Assembly (NCBI GenBank): GCA_900617105.1
Contig: UYFQ01000001.1
Location: 682,001 to 746,000, forward strand
DNA: 64,000 nucleotides
Direction of reading: 5' to 3'
From: Hydrurus foetidus
Taxonomy: Eukaryota
Shown here: in pieces, positions 29,589 through 39,322 of the stretch
Layout of the letters: each line of letters opens with the position of its first letter
Numbering within the stretch: the first letter of the stretch is position 1
Made by a program: the position numbers and the translations under genes
The notes under the pieces: model-generated
The model's input: only the letters and a program-made list of their open reading frames with translations
What the model was told of the DNA's origin: nothing
The model's database searches: none

Positions 29589-30776
29589 TCACGCTGCACG
29601 CACAAACTTCTCTAGGGCCCTGCGCGGTGTTGCAGGTGCGGGCGCAGCGGTGTAGCCAATGCGGCAGAACATCTGCACCGTGAGATCTTGCGGGCTGCGA
29701 GGCGCCCCTTGGCCCAGCACGAGTTGGTGCACCTGCTCATAGTGGGCCTGCATTTCCACAAACTCTTGCAAGGCTTGGCTCATCGGGTGCATGCCGATGC
29801 CTTGGGCCGTTGCCTGCAACTGCAGACGCACATAGGCGCGACCTGCTTCAATTTGCGCAGCACGGGTGTTGCTGCCTGCAATCCACACAAAGCCCATCGC
29901 TGTGTTGCTGTTGCCCTCAAAGCGGGCCATGGCATTCTTCTCAGCGGTGCTACCGACCGCTGGCGGCTGGCTGCGGTCAAACATACCCAAAGCCGTGATC
30001 GCCCGAATCATGGGGCTATTGATGGAAATGCCATCACGGTGCTGCATGATTTCTTGCGGCCCCACGCGCACAAGGTGAATGCTCTCCATCATGGTGCGCG
30101 GGGTACGCAGCTCCACCAAAGCGGATTCCAAGCAGAGTTTGCGCAACGCGGGCAAGCGCTCAGGCTGTACCGTGCCACCTGTACGCATGCCCGCAGTGCT
30201 CGCGTTCGCAAGCAGTTGGTCTAGGTTTGCCTGCGCAACCGAGCGGGTGGTGTCAAAGTCTGCTTTGGCGGTATGGCGCGACAAAATGCGGGCAAACAGC
30301 GGGTCTTTGCTGGCGCCAGCGTGCAGTGTGATTTTGGCGATGGGTTGCTGCATGGCCGCCGTCCAGTCCTTGGGGCGTGCTGGCAACTCCCCTTGAGGCC
30401 ACAGGCGCACCTCACTGCGCAAGCCCTGCTCGGCCAGTGCGATGACAAGCAACTCTAGGAAGGCGCCATGGCCAATCAAAATCTGACGGCCCAAAGGATC
30501 AGTATGTGGCAACGCGCGCTCCGGATCGGTGTAGAGCGTAATGACGCCAGCCTCACGCAAATCCACCAGCCACGGCTGCAGGTTGTGTGGATTGGGCGCA
30601 GTAATGGCATAGGCCAGAGCACGCCTGCGCGGGTCGGGTTCACTGGCCAGAGGCCCGCTCCAAGCCTCAAGCGCTTGCGCGGGAAACTCGCTGCTGATAC
30701 AAGCACTCAGTGTGATGCCGCTTGCGGCCACTATGGCACCACCACCGGCTAAGCGTATAAAGTTTCTGCGTTGCAT
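29589..30776 (-). CDS. Tat-exported Acg-family FMN-binding nitroreductase-like protein
   Basis: Twin-arginine leader MQRRNFI, then APNPHNLQPW, TDPLGRQILIGHGAFLE and TPRR. Confidence 0.85.
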   Translation of the reverse strand: MQRRNFIRLAGGGAIVAASGITLSACISSEFPAQALEAWSGPLASEPDPRRRALAYAITAPNPHNLQPWLVDLREAGVITLYTDPERALPHTDPLGRQILIGHGAFLELLVIALAEQGLRSEVRLWPQGELPARPKDWTAAMQQPIAKITLHAGASKDPLFARILSRHTAKADFDTTRSVAQANLDQLLANASTAGMRTGGTVQPERLPALRKLCLESALVELRTPRTMMESIHLVRVGPQEIMQHRDGISINSPMIRAITALGMFDRSQPPAVGSTAEKNAMARFEGNSNTAMGFVWIAGSNTRAAQIEAGRAYVRLQLQATAQGIGMHPMSQALQEFVEMQAHYEQVHQLVLGQGAPRSPQDLTVQMFCRIGYTAAPAPATPRRALEKFVRAA

Positions 30777-30922
30777 GGGACACCTTTTGGACGTTGTAGG
30801 TCTATTGTGGATACTGAGTTGCTACAGCACAATGGCCTAATTGCGTACATCAGAAATTCAAAAATGAACAGCTCTTTGGGCTGGACGTTTGCACGGGGCT
30901 GCACGGGCACTGAACCCAATCC

Positions 30923-32332
30923 TCATTCCGCGTCAGCAGCACCCGCATTCTTCAGCTCGGCGAACTTGGCCGCCATCGTCGGGTTGCCCCGCGTCAGCTT
31001 CTTGATCGTCACATCTTGCGCCTTGTCGTTCGCAAGACGCAGGTTACGGTCGGTGCCCAGCAATGCATCCTTGGTTTTCTGCAAGTGGTCAATGGATTTG
31101 TCGATCTCGTCGATGGCCTTTTTGAAGCTGTTGGACGCGAGATCGTAGTTCCGCGCGAATGCGGTTTTGAAGGTATCAAGGCTGGTCTCAAAATTCGTGA
31201 TGTCAATGCTCTGCGCCTTGACCAGCGCAAGCTCCGATTTGTACTTGAGCGAGTTCATCGCAGCGTTGCGCAGCAGCGTGATGATGGGGATAAAAAACTG
31301 TGGGCGGATGATGTACATCTTGGGGTAGCGGTGGAACACATCCACGATGCCGGTGTTGTACAGCTCGCTGTCGGGCTCCAGCAGGGAGACCAGCACGGCA
31401 TATTCGCACCCCTTCTCAAGGCGATCCTTGTCCAGCTCCTTCAAAAAGTCCTCGTTCTTGTTCTTGGTGGTGGTGCGGTCGTCCTCATTTTTCATCTCAA
31501 ACATGATGGAGACGATCTCGGTGCCTGCTTCGTCCAGGTCGCGAAAAATGTAGTCCCCTTTGCTGCCCGTCCGCGCATCGTTGTCTTTTTCGAAATAGGC
31601 CCGTGGAAACGCCGTCGCGCGAATGCGGTTGAACTCCGTCTCGCAGTGCTGCTCCAGCGTCTCGCCCACCATCTTGGTAGACAGGCGAGCCTTCATGTCG
31701 CGCAAGCGCTCAATCGCATCATCGCGGTCTTTGATCTGCGTCTCAAACTTGTCTTTGAGCGACTTCTCTGCGAGTTGCTTCTCAAGCTCAGCCCGCGCCA
31801 GACCATTCTTCAACGCGTCGCGTTCCCGCTCGACCCCATTCACCGCCTCGGTGATCGCCAGCTTTTGCATGACCTCAGTGGCATCGAGTTTGGCCTTCAG
31901 CCCTTGAATCTCCGCGTCCTTGGTCGCAGCGGCATTCTGTAGCCTGCTTGCCAGCTTCGCCTCGGCCAGCTCAGAAGCCGCCAGCTTTTCACGCTTGGCC
32001 TGATCCAGCTCGTTCGCCAGCGCGTCACGCTCTTTGTGCACCGCACTCAGGGCCTCGGTCACGGCCAGCTTACGCGCAACCTCACCCGCATCAAGCCTGG
32101 CCTTGAGCGCCTGGATTTCGGAATCCTTGGCGACAGCCGTCTTCTGCATGGCGCTGGCAACCTGGGCCTGGGCAAGCTCGACGGCATTGCGCTTGTCTTG
32201 CTCGGCCAATTCAAGCCGCTCATGCAACTGCTGCTCGAACGCGCCATCGCGCACTTGCTTCAGGATATCGGCGTACCCCGCCTCGTCGATTTTGAATGCT
32301 TTGTTGCAATGGGGGCAGATGATTTCGTGCAT
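30923..32332 (-). CDS. DUF2130-domain coiled-coil protein
   Basis: Starts MHEIICPHC, then a long coiled coil, [21 protein letters not shown] and IMFEMKNE (PD-(D/E)xK-like). Confidence 0.88.
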   Translation of the reverse strand: MHEIICPHCNKAFKIDEAGYADILKQVRDGAFEQQLHERLELAEQDKRNAVELAQAQVASAMQKTAVAKDSEIQALKARLDAGEVARKLAVTEALSAVHKERDALANELDQAKREKLAASELAEAKLASRLQNAAATKDAEIQGLKAKLDATEVMQKLAITEAVNGVERERDALKNGLARAELEKQLAEKSLKDKFETQIKDRDDAIERLRDMKARLSTKMVGETLEQHCETEFNRIRATAFPRAYFEKDNDARTGSKGDYIFRDLDEAGTEIVSIMFEMKNEDDRTTTKNKNEDFLKELDKDRLEKGCEYAVLVSLLEPDSELYNTGIVDVFHRYPKMYIIRPQFFIPIITLLRNAAMNSLKYKSELALVKAQSIDITNFETSLDTFKTAFARNYDLASNSFKKAIDEIDKSIDHLQKTKDALLGTDRNLRLANDKAQDVTIKKLTRGNPTMAAKFAELKNAGAADAE

Positions 32333-32532
32333 GGGGAAAGGAACTCTTCTTGTTGGTTGGACTGGCAGGTGCGCATCTTTAAACAAGGCGCTGACCAGCC
32401 TAGCATGCCGCGGGACGACTGCGTGGTGACTTGGTCGTCCGGCGCTGGATTGACGGGTGAGCGTCAATTTAAAAATAGGATACTTTCGAGACCCAGGTCT
32501 CTCATTTCAAATTCTGACTAGGTGGCGATTCG

Positions 32533-34830
32533 TCAAATATCGCCTTGAAAATGCTGTCGGCACCTTTCAAGAAAGACTTCAAATCTCCCTTCAGCAGAGG
32601 ATAGACAATTATTAATAAAATGTAAGGGCAGGCCAAGCTTAAATCTTCGCTGAGTGTTGCCTCCGCGATTTTCAATTTCAATAATTACTTTAGTAGTTTG
32701 TAAAGTAGGTAGTTCATTGTCAATAAAACCTTGCCCCTTGTCACCAAGTCGTATTTTTATTATAGATTCACTTATGTGTGTGCTACGTGTAAAGTACCGT
32801 AGTAATTTTTGAAGATGCAAAACTTCTGGATCAATTCCAAACTCAGGAACATCATCGAATGATTTGATACTAATTTGGTTATCAAATGAAAATCCAAGTT
32901 TCTCTAAATTGGCCTTGATAGCAAATGGCTCCCAAATTTCATGACCAGATTCAGAGAATTTAAGTGAATCGACAGTGCATTCGTTCAATGTGACGTTTGA
33001 AAATATCGAATTTGGATATAACTGCATTTGTCCGAATTTGCATTGAGTGAATGTGCAGTTTTTCAGTGTCGTGGCCTCATACCGACCCAGGGAGAAGTAG
33101 CAATGATCAAATGAGATGTCCGTAAGTGAACAATCAAACAATGCATCAACACCAAAAGTTAGTCCTTCTACCTTTAAATCGGCATCGTCAATTCCATTCA
33201 ATAGGCGAATTACAAGATGTCCACAATTTTCTTGCGTGTAAGAGGCCTGCCCATCCAGTTCGCCGACACTCGCAACTAGCGCCGCTGCTTGCTTGCGCTC
33301 CATTGCAGAATTACGGTCAATTGCGCGAATAAATGAAAGTCTCGCATGATCTGGGAGGATGCTTCTACGAACCACGCTTAACAACTCTGACTTTGCGCTT
33401 CCATTGCTTGGCCGTAATATGTCTGCCAATCCCTCGCCGAGGAAAAACTGTCGAAACTCATCGTGATCAAATTCAACGGCTGATGGAGCGTCTCGAGAGG
33501 AAACCAATAAAGCATGACCGCGGATCCTCTCTCTAATCTGATGTGCCTGTAGAGATGGTTTTCTCTTCAATTCGCAAAAGTAATCTGCAACGACATCAAG
33601 ATGATCCAATTTAAGAAAACTAACTCTCGATTCCCACATATTTACAGCAATCATCGCTAGTAGTTCACAATGTTCTTCTGTAGATAAGAGCGATGTCGCG
33701 ACTTCACCTCCAGAGCGATCAATCCATTTCTCCTTGGCCTCCCGATCAATAATTCCGCGAACAAAAACAGAGAAAAAATCAGCACCTGAAATTTGAATCT
33801 GTTCTAAGAAATTTTCCAGTGAATCAGATGAATTGGCAATATCTATAAGTCGTCGCACCAAAACGGGACGAGTCAAAAGGGAGTGGTTTTCTCCGAGCCG
33901 ATCTTTGACGCTTGAGTATGTCTGATATGGATTTATAACTCCTCTAGCTGTGCAGTATTCTAGAAACTGTTTTTTCCCCCAGCGCCGGAGTTCTAATTTG
34001 GAAAATCCAACGGATTGGCTACTAATACTATCGTAAAGTTTTTCTTGAGATTTGAGGTTTTCAAATTCAAAATAAGCCTTTCTTGCCGCGACTACAAAAC
34101 ATCCTGCTGATTTGAGCGCATCAACTAGTATGCCCATGGCAGATAGGGCTTCTCCAGAGCTGTTCTCAACAAACATCTCTTCAAAGCCGTCGAAAGCCGG
34201 TATTATTACCCCCATTCGTACCAATGCAAGAAATGAGTTGTAGTATAAAAATGGAAATCTGTATTTGTTTTGCAATGCACCAACTGTAATGTCGTCAAAT
34301 CGCAAGAAATGTCTTCCACCTAAAACAATAGGAACTAGTAGCCAGTCAGATTTGCCATCGGAAAAATTTTTGGCTTGGGTTCGCGCAGCTGCATTGATTA
34401 ACCAAGTTTTACCTTCACCAGCGTCACTTGTAATATAGAGCACGGTAGTTTCCAAAGGGCTTTTTGATTCCAATGAATCTAATAAGGTGTGACGAGCATC
34501 GGAAACTTCGTATGCTTGACCATCTGGTTGCTTGTCAAGCGTTGGCAAGAGATTGGCAGATGGGGATATGAAATTGTGTTCTATCGGAATTTGTTCCGTA
34601 AGCCTAGCAGCCAATAGTGGCAAATTTGCAAGGCGATTTACTATCCAATGACTGGCCGAAATAGCTGTACTATTGTTCTCTGAGACATAAATATCTCCAG
34701 ATTTGGCGCTAATGGCTGCTTCAATTACATCGCCATTTATCGAAAAAACTAACCGTTGTTTTTCATATAAAAGTTCAGTGCCAGGATCGGAGAATGTGGA
34801 TACTATTGATTTAAACTGATCTATTTGCAT
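32533..34830 (-). CDS. NACHT/STAND-like P-loop NTPase with C-terminal pentapeptide-like repeats
   Basis: Walker A YITSDAGEGKT, Walker B IIPAFDGFEE, TRPVL, winged-helix-like EFDHDEFRQFF and 5-residue periodicity (LTDISFDHCYF...LKNCTFTQCKF). AT-rich. Confidence 0.8.
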   Translation of the reverse strand: MQIDQFKSIVSTFSDPGTELLYEKQRLVFSINGDVIEAAISAKSGDIYVSENNSTAISASHWIVNRLANLPLLAARLTEQIPIEHNFISPSANLLPTLDKQPDGQAYEVSDARHTLLDSLESKSPLETTVLYITSDAGEGKTWLINAAARTQAKNFSDGKSDWLLVPIVLGGRHFLRFDDITVGALQNKYRFPFLYYNSFLALVRMGVIIPAFDGFEEMFVENSSGEALSAMGILVDALKSAGCFVVAARKAYFEFENLKSQEKLYDSISSQSVGFSKLELRRWGKKQFLEYCTARGVINPYQTYSSVKDRLGENHSLLTRPVLVRRLIDIANSSDSLENFLEQIQISGADFFSVFVRGIIDREAKEKWIDRSGGEVATSLLSTEEHCELLAMIAVNMWESRVSFLKLDHLDVVADYFCELKRKPSLQAHQIRERIRGHALLVSSRDAPSAVEFDHDEFRQFFLGEGLADILRPSNGSAKSELLSVVRRSILPDHARLSFIRAIDRNSAMERKQAAALVASVGELDGQASYTQENCGHLVIRLLNGIDDADLKVEGLTFGVDALFDCSLTDISFDHCYFSLGRYEATTLKNCTFTQCKFGQMQLYPNSIFSNVTLNECTVDSLKFSESGHEIWEPFAIKANLEKLGFSFDNQISIKSFDDVPEFGIDPEVLHLQKLLRYFTRSTHISESIIKIRLGDKGQGFIDNELPTLQTTKVIIEIENRGGNTQRRFKLGLPLHFINNCLSSAEGRFEVFLERCRQHFQGDI

Positions 34831-34832
34831 AT

Positions 34833-35546
34833 CTAAATTTCCAATTCCAAAAGGGGTTGTCCAGCTATTTCAATGGTGACTCTATGAGAGCTGAATTTGG
34901 GGTGTACTCTAATGATTTTTGATCCCCGCAAAGCAATCGTTCTTATGGGGGGCAAAAAATCGTCATCTTCACTAATTATTAGCAGTTCGTCATAGTCTTG
35001 TTGGGAAAGGTAAATCAGATCACAAGTGAGCATGGTGTCAACAATCTTCTGCTCGTGGCGATATATTAGTATTTGATCGCCTGCAGAGCAATTGCCGATC
35101 GAGCATTTTCCAGTTTTTAGCATTTTTCGAGCTACGGGAATTGGACAAGAACTGCTACTACAGCCGACGTGCTCTTGACTTTCAACTCTAATATTTTGTG
35201 CTCTTGACTTTTTTCTGTAAGTATTAAATAGATGATAGTTAGGTTCTTCCAAGAGTGACACGGCTAATTCAACAGTAGTATTAATAGAGCAATACGTTCC
35301 ACTTGCGTCTGTTACCCGTATTAACGCGGGGAACTCTTCTTGCATTTTTATGGAAATTTGTTGCGAGAGCTGACTCATTTCTTGGCCCTCAAACCAGCCG
35401 CCGTACAAGCGGATATGACACACACCTTGTTTTGGTAGCGAACGGAATTGCATTTTCTGCAGCACACTAGTCACAATAGATAATATGCCTGATATCTTCT
35501 GCATCGGATGCAAATTATCGTAGTCTATACAAATGGCGATTTTCAT
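34833..35546 (-). CDS. NYN-domain (LabA/DUF88, PIN-like) nuclease with a Cys4 insert
   Basis: ICIDYDN, EQKIVDTMLTCD and LIISEDDDFLP carry the acidic NYN motifs, with a C-x4-C-x13-C-x4-C insert. AT-rich. Confidence 0.82.
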   Translation of the reverse strand: MKIAICIDYDNLHPMQKISGILSIVTSVLQKMQFRSLPKQGVCHIRLYGGWFEGQEMSQLSQQISIKMQEEFPALIRVTDASGTYCSINTTVELAVSLLEEPNYHLFNTYRKKSRAQNIRVESQEHVGCSSSSCPIPVARKMLKTGKCSIGNCSAGDQILIYRHEQKIVDTMLTCDLIYLSQQDYDELLIISEDDDFLPPIRTIALRGSKIIRVHPKFSSHRVTIEIAGQPLLELEI

Positions 35547-35589
35547 TAAATGTTGCGTGTTAAATTGAACTGAGATACACGTCGAACAT

Positions 35590-36060
35590 ACTGTTCGCGC
35601 TTGATGAAATCACCAACCTCTGCGTTGCCCTTGTCGCCGCCACATAAAACACCCGCGCCGCGCCAGCCGCTCACGTGCTTCAAGCAACGCTGCGTGCAGC
35701 TTTTGCTCCAGCTCCGCTTTAGGTGGCAGTTCGGTCCAATATTCGGCCACGGTGATGCCGTCTTTGTGCATTTGCAGAAGCTCCACCTGTTCGCGGCTGG
35801 ATTCGGCGCACAGGATGAGGCCGATGGGTCTCTTCGCCCGGTTGGTGCTCGTGTTTGTCCAGCCTTTTGAGGTGTAATAAGTTGATAAAGTGGCTCCAGC
35901 TCAATTGTCGTGACAGTGTCGCGACAAACTGGGTAAACGGCAGGACAAGCTGCACCATGTGTCGCGAGGTTTTTGCCGACAGTGTCGACACAATTGCCGC
36001 AATTGGGAACGCGTCGGCAAACTCCACCACGTGACTCATGTTGGTTGCCATTGGCATGAC
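35590..36060 (-). pseudogene. YhcG/DUF1016 PDDEXK nuclease relic, internally deleted and frameshifted
   Basis: The N-terminal motif VATLSRQLSWSHF is joined directly to the C-terminal LDKHEHQPGEET, then a frame change to PIGLILCAESSREQVELLQMHKDGITVAEYWTELPP. Confidence 0.75.
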
Positions 36061-36092
36061 TGGCGGGCGTATTAATGTCTTTGGTTGGACGC

Positions 36093-36386
36093 TCACGGTG
36101 CCTGAATTGCTCCGTGCTCGGTAAACGCAAAAAGCAACGCCTTTGAAAATTTCAGATTTTGGAGGTGGTCGCAATTTGCGACTACCTCGGTTTTCTCATC
36201 AGCCGTAAGCTGAAAGAGGAAATCGCTGGGAAAGCGGTCCCGGTTGCGTTTGACCTGCTCATTAAGCCGCTTGGTCTGTACCCCGTACAGCGCAGCCAAG
36301 TCCACATCCAGCATGACCCGCAGGCCGCGAATCACTTGGATACGGCGCTCAATACGCGGCACCAGGTTGTGTGTTGTCTCGTTCAT
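36093..36386 (-). pseudogene. ORF6N-domain DNA-binding protein, C-terminally truncated
   Basis: IRGLRVMLDVDLAALYGVQTKRLNEQVKRNRDRFPSDFLFQLT...AFTEHGAIQA followed by an early stop. Confidence 0.8.
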
Positions 36387-36492
36387 GTTGTTTTCCTGGT
36401 CATGTTCCCTGACTCCCTCCATCCCTAACCATCCCAATCACCATCATCCCACAACGGTGGCCCGCGCACCGGGGGGTAAATCCGGGGGCACG

Positions 36493-37713
36493 CTAGCGCA
36501 ACGGGCTGCGCTGCGCCAAATCATCCAAATAGTGCGCGATTCCCTGGCCTTCGCGGTCTAAATAGTTTTGCACCGCATCCGCAAAAGCCGGGTGCGCCAG
36601 CCAATGCGCCGAGCTGGTTTTGACCGGCAGCAGCGCCCGCGCCATCTTGTGTTCCCCTTGGGCGCCCCCCTCAAACCGGGCGTAGCCGTTGGCGATGCAC
36701 CATTGCAGCGGCTGGTAATAGCAAGCCTCAAAGTGCAGGCAATCCACACGCTCCAGTGCGCCCCAGTAGCGGCCATAGGCTACTTTTTCATGGTGATTTT
36801 GGCCTTCTTCGCTTTCTGTATCTGCGTTGGTAGCTATCAAACTGGTAGCAATTGGCACCCCCTCGCGCTCAGCGGTGAACAGCAGCCAGCTTTGCGCCTG
36901 CGTGTCGGCCATGCGCTGGAAAAAATCGCGGCTCAGGTAGGGTGCGTTGCCGTGTTCCAGGTAGGTGCGCTCGTAGCAGTGGTAGAAAAAATCCCAGTCC
37001 GCTGTGCTGATGGCCGTGCCCTGCGCGTGGCGAAAGGTGACACCGGCATCGGCCACCTTGCGGCGCTCTTGGCGGATTTTCTTGCGCTTGTCGGGGGCGA
37101 GGTGGCTGAGGAAATCATCAAAATCCGCATATCCCGGTGATGTGTTCTGCCAATGAAACTGCACGGTGTGGCGCAGCATCAACCCGGCAGATTGACACGC
37201 CTGCAAATCCTCCTCCGCGCCAAACAGCACATGCAGTGACGACAAACCCTGCGATTCGCACCACTGCACCACCACCCGCACCAGCGTCTCACGGTTTGCT
37301 GCATCCCGCGCCAGCAGCCGCGCACCGGGCACGGGTGTGAAGGGTACGGCCAGCGTGGCTTTGGGGTAGTAGTCCAGCCCGTGCTGCGCGTAGGCGTTGG
37401 CCCAGGCGTGGTCAAACACGTATTCGCCGTAGGAATGCGGCTTGATGTAGACCATGCAGGCGGCGAGCAATTCGGTGCATTGCTCATCTTTCCATAGCGC
37501 GATACACCGTACTGACCAGCCGCTACGGGCAATCGCGCTGCCACTCTGGTGCAAGGCCGCGAGGTACTCGTAGCGCATGAACGGGGTAGGGTGGGGCTGG
37601 GCGGCGAGCAGGGCGTTCCACAGCGGGGCGGTGATTTTGGAATCAGGGGCGAACGGGGCGCTGAGGACTTGGGCGTGTAGAGCGGGCAAAGCGGGCGGGG
37701 CAGATGAGGTCAT
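36493..37713 (-). CDS. GNAT/FemAB-like protein (DUF482 family)
   Basis: Motifs HSYGEYVFDHAWA, PFTPVPG, YGRYWG, LHFEACYYQ and FEGGAQGEHK; start reassigned to MTSSAP. Confidence 0.9.
   Translation of the reverse strand: MTSSAPPALPALHAQVLSAPFAPDSKITAPLWNALLAAQPHPTPFMRYEYLAALHQSGSAIARSGWSVRCIALWKDEQCTELLAACMVYIKPHSYGEYVFDHAWANAYAQHGLDYYPKATLAVPFTPVPGARLLARDAANRETLVRVVVQWCESQGLSSLHVLFGAEEDLQACQSAGLMLRHTVQFHWQNTSPGYADFDDFLSHLAPDKRKKIRQERRKVADAGVTFRHAQGTAISTADWDFFYHCYERTYLEHGNAPYLSRDFFQRMADTQAQSWLLFTAEREGVPIATSLIATNADTESEEGQNHHEKVAYGRYWGALERVDCLHFEACYYQPLQWCIANGYARFEGGAQGEHKMARALLPVKTSSAHWLAHPAFADAVQNYLDREGQGIAHYLDDLAQRSPLR
36790..36851 (-). repeat. GCTAY-N7-RTAGC repeat, in frame within the GNAT gene
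   Basis: Minus strand GCTAC-cagtttg-ATAGCT-acca-ACGC-N9-AAGCG, encoding IATSLIATNADTESEEGQN. Confidence 0.75.
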
Positions 37714-37846
37714 AGCAAGTGACGATACCACTCTGATACCACCCTCACTGCGGGAAAACACCCGCACCACGCCGCACCGATTTGCCAAATCATGGCTGCT
37801 CAGGCGCAGCGCCATCCCCTGGCCCGTCAACCCAGCAAACCAGCCC

Positions 37847-39289
37847 ATGACCGATATAACCGCTCTCGATGCCGACGCACTGTCTCGTGCCATCCACGCC
37901 CGCCACGTCTCTTGCCGCGAGGTGATGCAGGCGTACCTCACGCGCATCCACCGTCTGAACCCGCAGTTCAATGCTATCGTTAACATAGCTTCTAACACTG
38001 ATCTGCTAAGCGTATCCGATGCTTTGGATGCTGAATTGGCCCGTGGCGAGTCACGCGGCTGGCTGCATGGCATTCCCCAGGCGATCAAAGACACGGGCCA
38101 CGCCATCGGCTTCCCCACCACCTACGGTTGCAGCCTGCTGAAAGGGGCCGTCGCCACCCAAGACAGCGTGATGACGGCGCGGATGAAGGCCGCAGGGGCC
38201 ATCGTCATCGGCAAAACCAACATGCCTGAGTTCGGCCTGGGTTCGCACACCTTCAATGACCTGTTCGGCACCACGCCCAACGCCTGGGACGCTACCGTCA
38301 GCGCGGGCGGGTCGAGCGGCGGTGCAGCCGTCGCTCTGGCGCAGCACCTGTTGCCCGTGGCCGATGGTTCTGATTTCATGGGCTCGCTGCGTAACCCGGC
38401 GGGGTGGAACAACATCTTTGGCATGCGCCCCTCCCAAGGCCGCGTGCCGTTTTGGCCCGCCGCCGACACCTGGGTCAGCCAGTTGGGCACCGAAGGGCCG
38501 ATGGGGCGCACGGTGCGGGATGTGGCCAAGCTGCTGGCCGTGCAATCAGGCCACTACCCGCAGGTGCCGCTGTCGATCAACACCCCACTGTCACCGTTTA
38601 CGGAGGAGGGCGACACCCGCGCCCTGCAAGGTCTTCGCGTCGGTTGGCTGGGCGATTTGAACGGTTATCTGGCGATGGAAGACGGCCTGCTGCCCGTTTG
38701 CGAGCAAGCCCTGCAACGCTTCACCGATGCCGGTGCCCATGTCGAGGCCTGCGGTTTAGGCTTTGACACCGCCGCGCTGTGGACGGCGTGGCTTGCATGG
38801 CGGCGTGCCCTGGTCGGCCCCAAAGTCGCTGCACTTTTGAAGCTGCCCGGTGCCCGCGAACGCATCAAACCCGAAGCCCTGTGGGAACACGACCAAGCCC
38901 AGGGTCTCTCGTTCATGGATTTCATGCAAGCCAGCGAGGTGCGTACCGCCTTTCACACCCACATGCTGGGTCTGCTCAAGCGCTACGACGTGCTGGCCCT
39001 GCCCAGTGCGCAAGTCTGGCCCTTCCCTGTAGAGGAGCGCTGGCCCCAAAGCATCGCAGGCCGCGCAATGGACACCTACCACCGCTGGATGGAAGTCACC
39101 CTCTACGCCACCTTCGCCGGCCTGCCCGCCATCAGCCTGCCCGCAGGCTTCCACCCCAATGGCCGCTGGCCTGCGGGGCTGCAACTGATAGGCGGTGCGC
39201 AGGGGGATGCCGCCTTGCTGCGCGTGGCGGCGGGGTATGAGGCGACGGTGGGGGCGCTGCTGGCGCGGCGGCCAGCGGAGGTTGGTTAG
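37847..39289 (+). CDS. Amidase-signature family amidase
   Basis: Motifs LHGIPQAIKD, GKTNMPEF, GGSSGG and GSDFMGSLRNPA; start reassigned to MTDITALD. Confidence 0.93.
   Translation: MTDITALDADALSRAIHARHVSCREVMQAYLTRIHRLNPQFNAIVNIASNTDLLSVSDALDAELARGESRGWLHGIPQAIKDTGHAIGFPTTYGCSLLKGAVATQDSVMTARMKAAGAIVIGKTNMPEFGLGSHTFNDLFGTTPNAWDATVSAGGSSGGAAVALAQHLLPVADGSDFMGSLRNPAGWNNIFGMRPSQGRVPFWPAADTWVSQLGTEGPMGRTVRDVAKLLAVQSGHYPQVPLSINTPLSPFTEEGDTRALQGLRVGWLGDLNGYLAMEDGLLPVCEQALQRFTDAGAHVEACGLGFDTAALWTAWLAWRRALVGPKVAALLKLPGARERIKPEALWEHDQAQGLSFMDFMQASEVRTAFHTHMLGLLKRYDVLALPSAQVWPFPVEERWPQSIAGRAMDTYHRWMEVTLYATFAGLPAISLPAGFHPNGRWPAGLQLIGGAQGDAALLRVAAGYEATVGALLARRPAEVG
37971..38025 (+). repeat. GCTAY-N7-RTAGC repeat, in frame within the amidase gene
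   Basis: GCTAT-cgttaac-ATAGCT-tcta-ACAC-N9-AAGCG, encoding NAIVNIASNTDLLS. Confidence 0.7.
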
Positions 39290-39322
39290 ACTTGTCAGTA
39301 AGACCACCTTAAAGCCCTTCCC

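Noticed and set aside
35546..36174. 194-aa and 151-aa ORFs as intact novel genes
   Set aside because: They are mixed-frame read-throughs of the YhcG and ORF6N relics.
37577..38121. Long N-terminal extensions making the GNAT and amidase genes overlap head-to-head
   Set aside because: Recognisable sequence starts at 37713 (-) and 37847 (+), leaving a normal divergent gap.
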